Assembly: GCA_051313645.2 (NCBI GenBank)
Contig: JBNRSN020000005.1
Coordinates: 10,850,001 to 10,914,000 of the forward strand
Length of the DNA stretch: 64,000 nucleotides
Direction: 5' to 3'
Source: Centroscyllium fabricii
Lineage: Eukaryota
Below, one piece after another: positions 62,942-64,000 of the stretch. The stretch's first letter is position 1. Each line of letters opens with the position of its first letter. The notes beneath the pieces were generated by a model. That model saw only the letters and a list, made by a program, of their open reading frames with translations. It did no database searches and was not told the DNA's origin. The position numbers and the translations under genes are program-made.

Positions 62942-63091
62942 ACTGGAGCCGAACGATCACGAACAACACCAAGAAAGTGAGCTCCGAAAACCTGGGCAAA
63001 TCCCTCTCGTCCAGTTCCATCGGTTCCACCTCCACCAGCTGGGTGACTAAATTCAAGCCTGGCTCCACCTTCTTCAAGAGCAACAACAAGG
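62942..63091 (+). CDS. ADGRG6: ADGRG6 exon (C-tail, [34 protein letters not shown]...FFKSNNK)
   Basis: ttccag acceptor, gtgagg donor. [13 protein letters not shown] matches GPR126. Confidence 0.94.
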
Positions 63092-63354
63092 GTGAGGAAG
63101 CGAGGTTCCTTGCCTGACCCTCGATTTTATACATCAGTCTGCATCTGTTCATCATCTCTGTGTCTATTTTGTTTATTTAAAAAAAAAAACAATTTTCAAA
63201 TATATACAGGTATCATATTTTGCCCCTCTAGCAACATTAACTCCCAACTTACATTTGTCCTCAGTTTAAAATTTAAAAAAAATGTCCTTTCAGACTCTGG
63301 CAGGTCCAGGGTAATTTATGTATTCCTGAACCAGCCGGTTTTGTTTGCTTTCAG

Positions 63355-63374
63355 CTGATGTGCAGCGATGCTGA
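63355..63374 (+). CDS. ADGRG6: Possible short terminal coding exon (ADVQRC-stop)
   Basis: Pyrimidine tract + tttcag acceptor gives an in-phase stop after 6 codons. No homology support; the true last exon may lie beyond the window. Confidence 0.2.
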
Positions 63375-63848
63375 AAGTACATCTGTGTCTCATTAGTCCG
63401 TACAACGGAAGAAATACAACACTTTTTTTGGGTCATTGTTCACCAACAATTATTTAAATTTGGTTATACCACACATCTTCGAGCTCTTTCATATTGGCAC
63501 CCCCGATCGAGCCAGTTTGTGCCGCCGCTTCCTGAGGGGTGGGTTTCAGCCAAAACTGACGGTCTCAAAGACCCCCCCCCCCACCCCCACAAAGAACGTT
63601 CTGTGCAGGTATCAGCAGTTTAACCTTTGACCTGCAGGCGGCTGTGCAAGGCCCGCGGGTCAGAATGCAGAGAGGGTCATTTTGGTTCCAAATTCATCAG
63701 ATTCGCCTCTAACACGAAGGGTGGATTTTTATAGGTTGCAATGGGCTTCCCACACGCTCAAAGTACAACTATTAAAGTCGTCAGTCTTGGCATGTGGAAG
63801 TTATGTTACAATTGTATAAAGCTCTAGTGAGACCCTATCTGGAGTCAC

Positions 63849-64000
63849 TGGGGTAAATTTTCCCTCGGGTGTGGGGAATTGGCGGGTTTCCAGCAGGTCA
63901 GGTTTCCCACACGAATACTAAAGGGCCTGGGAGCCCCACGCAATTTTGGCTCAATTGGCCAATTGATTCCCCGCATGTGGGAACCCTTGACAATTGACTA
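63849..64000. mobile_element. Start of a family B MITE (cut by window end)
   Basis: act|ggggtaaattttcc; matches the arm of 12903. Confidence 0.75.

Noticed and set aside
46358-63091. Assignment to ADGRG2 or ADGRG4
   Set aside because: ICGRNGKxSNR, [20 protein letters not shown] and [13 protein letters not shown] fit recalled GPR126 better.

Overview
Vertebrate genomic DNA, most likely a cartilaginous fish (shark-type HE1/V-SINEs, Deu-domain SINEs and CR1 LINEs). The window lies inside one + strand gene, the adhesion GPCR ADGRG6 (GPR126). I traced 14 coding exons from 3221 to 63091 (2055 nt, all phases compatible). They cover HormR, GAIN with an intact HL|T GPS site, the Stachel peptide, 7TM and the cytoplasmic tail, and one intron has a GC donor. 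The introns are almost all transposon-derived: CR1, L2-group and Vingi LINE pieces, about 14 V-SINE copies, several MITE families, three solo LTRs, Penelope-like hammerhead motifs and minisatellites. The most striking feature is an intronless, antisense EIF3I retrocopy (about 59145-60079) whose middle ~290 nt appears A-to-G hypermutated in an ADAR-like way, while its first 14 codons are unedited; it ends in a Rex/Babar-like LINE tail. Also notable are a candidate -1 frameshift signal plus G-quadruplex at a young CR1 ORF1/ORF2 junction, MITEs that each carry a different minisatellite, and near-identical inverted CR1 copies around exons. All family and gene names rest on recalled sequences, not database searches. 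Repeat boundaries are approximate unless a TSD is given.
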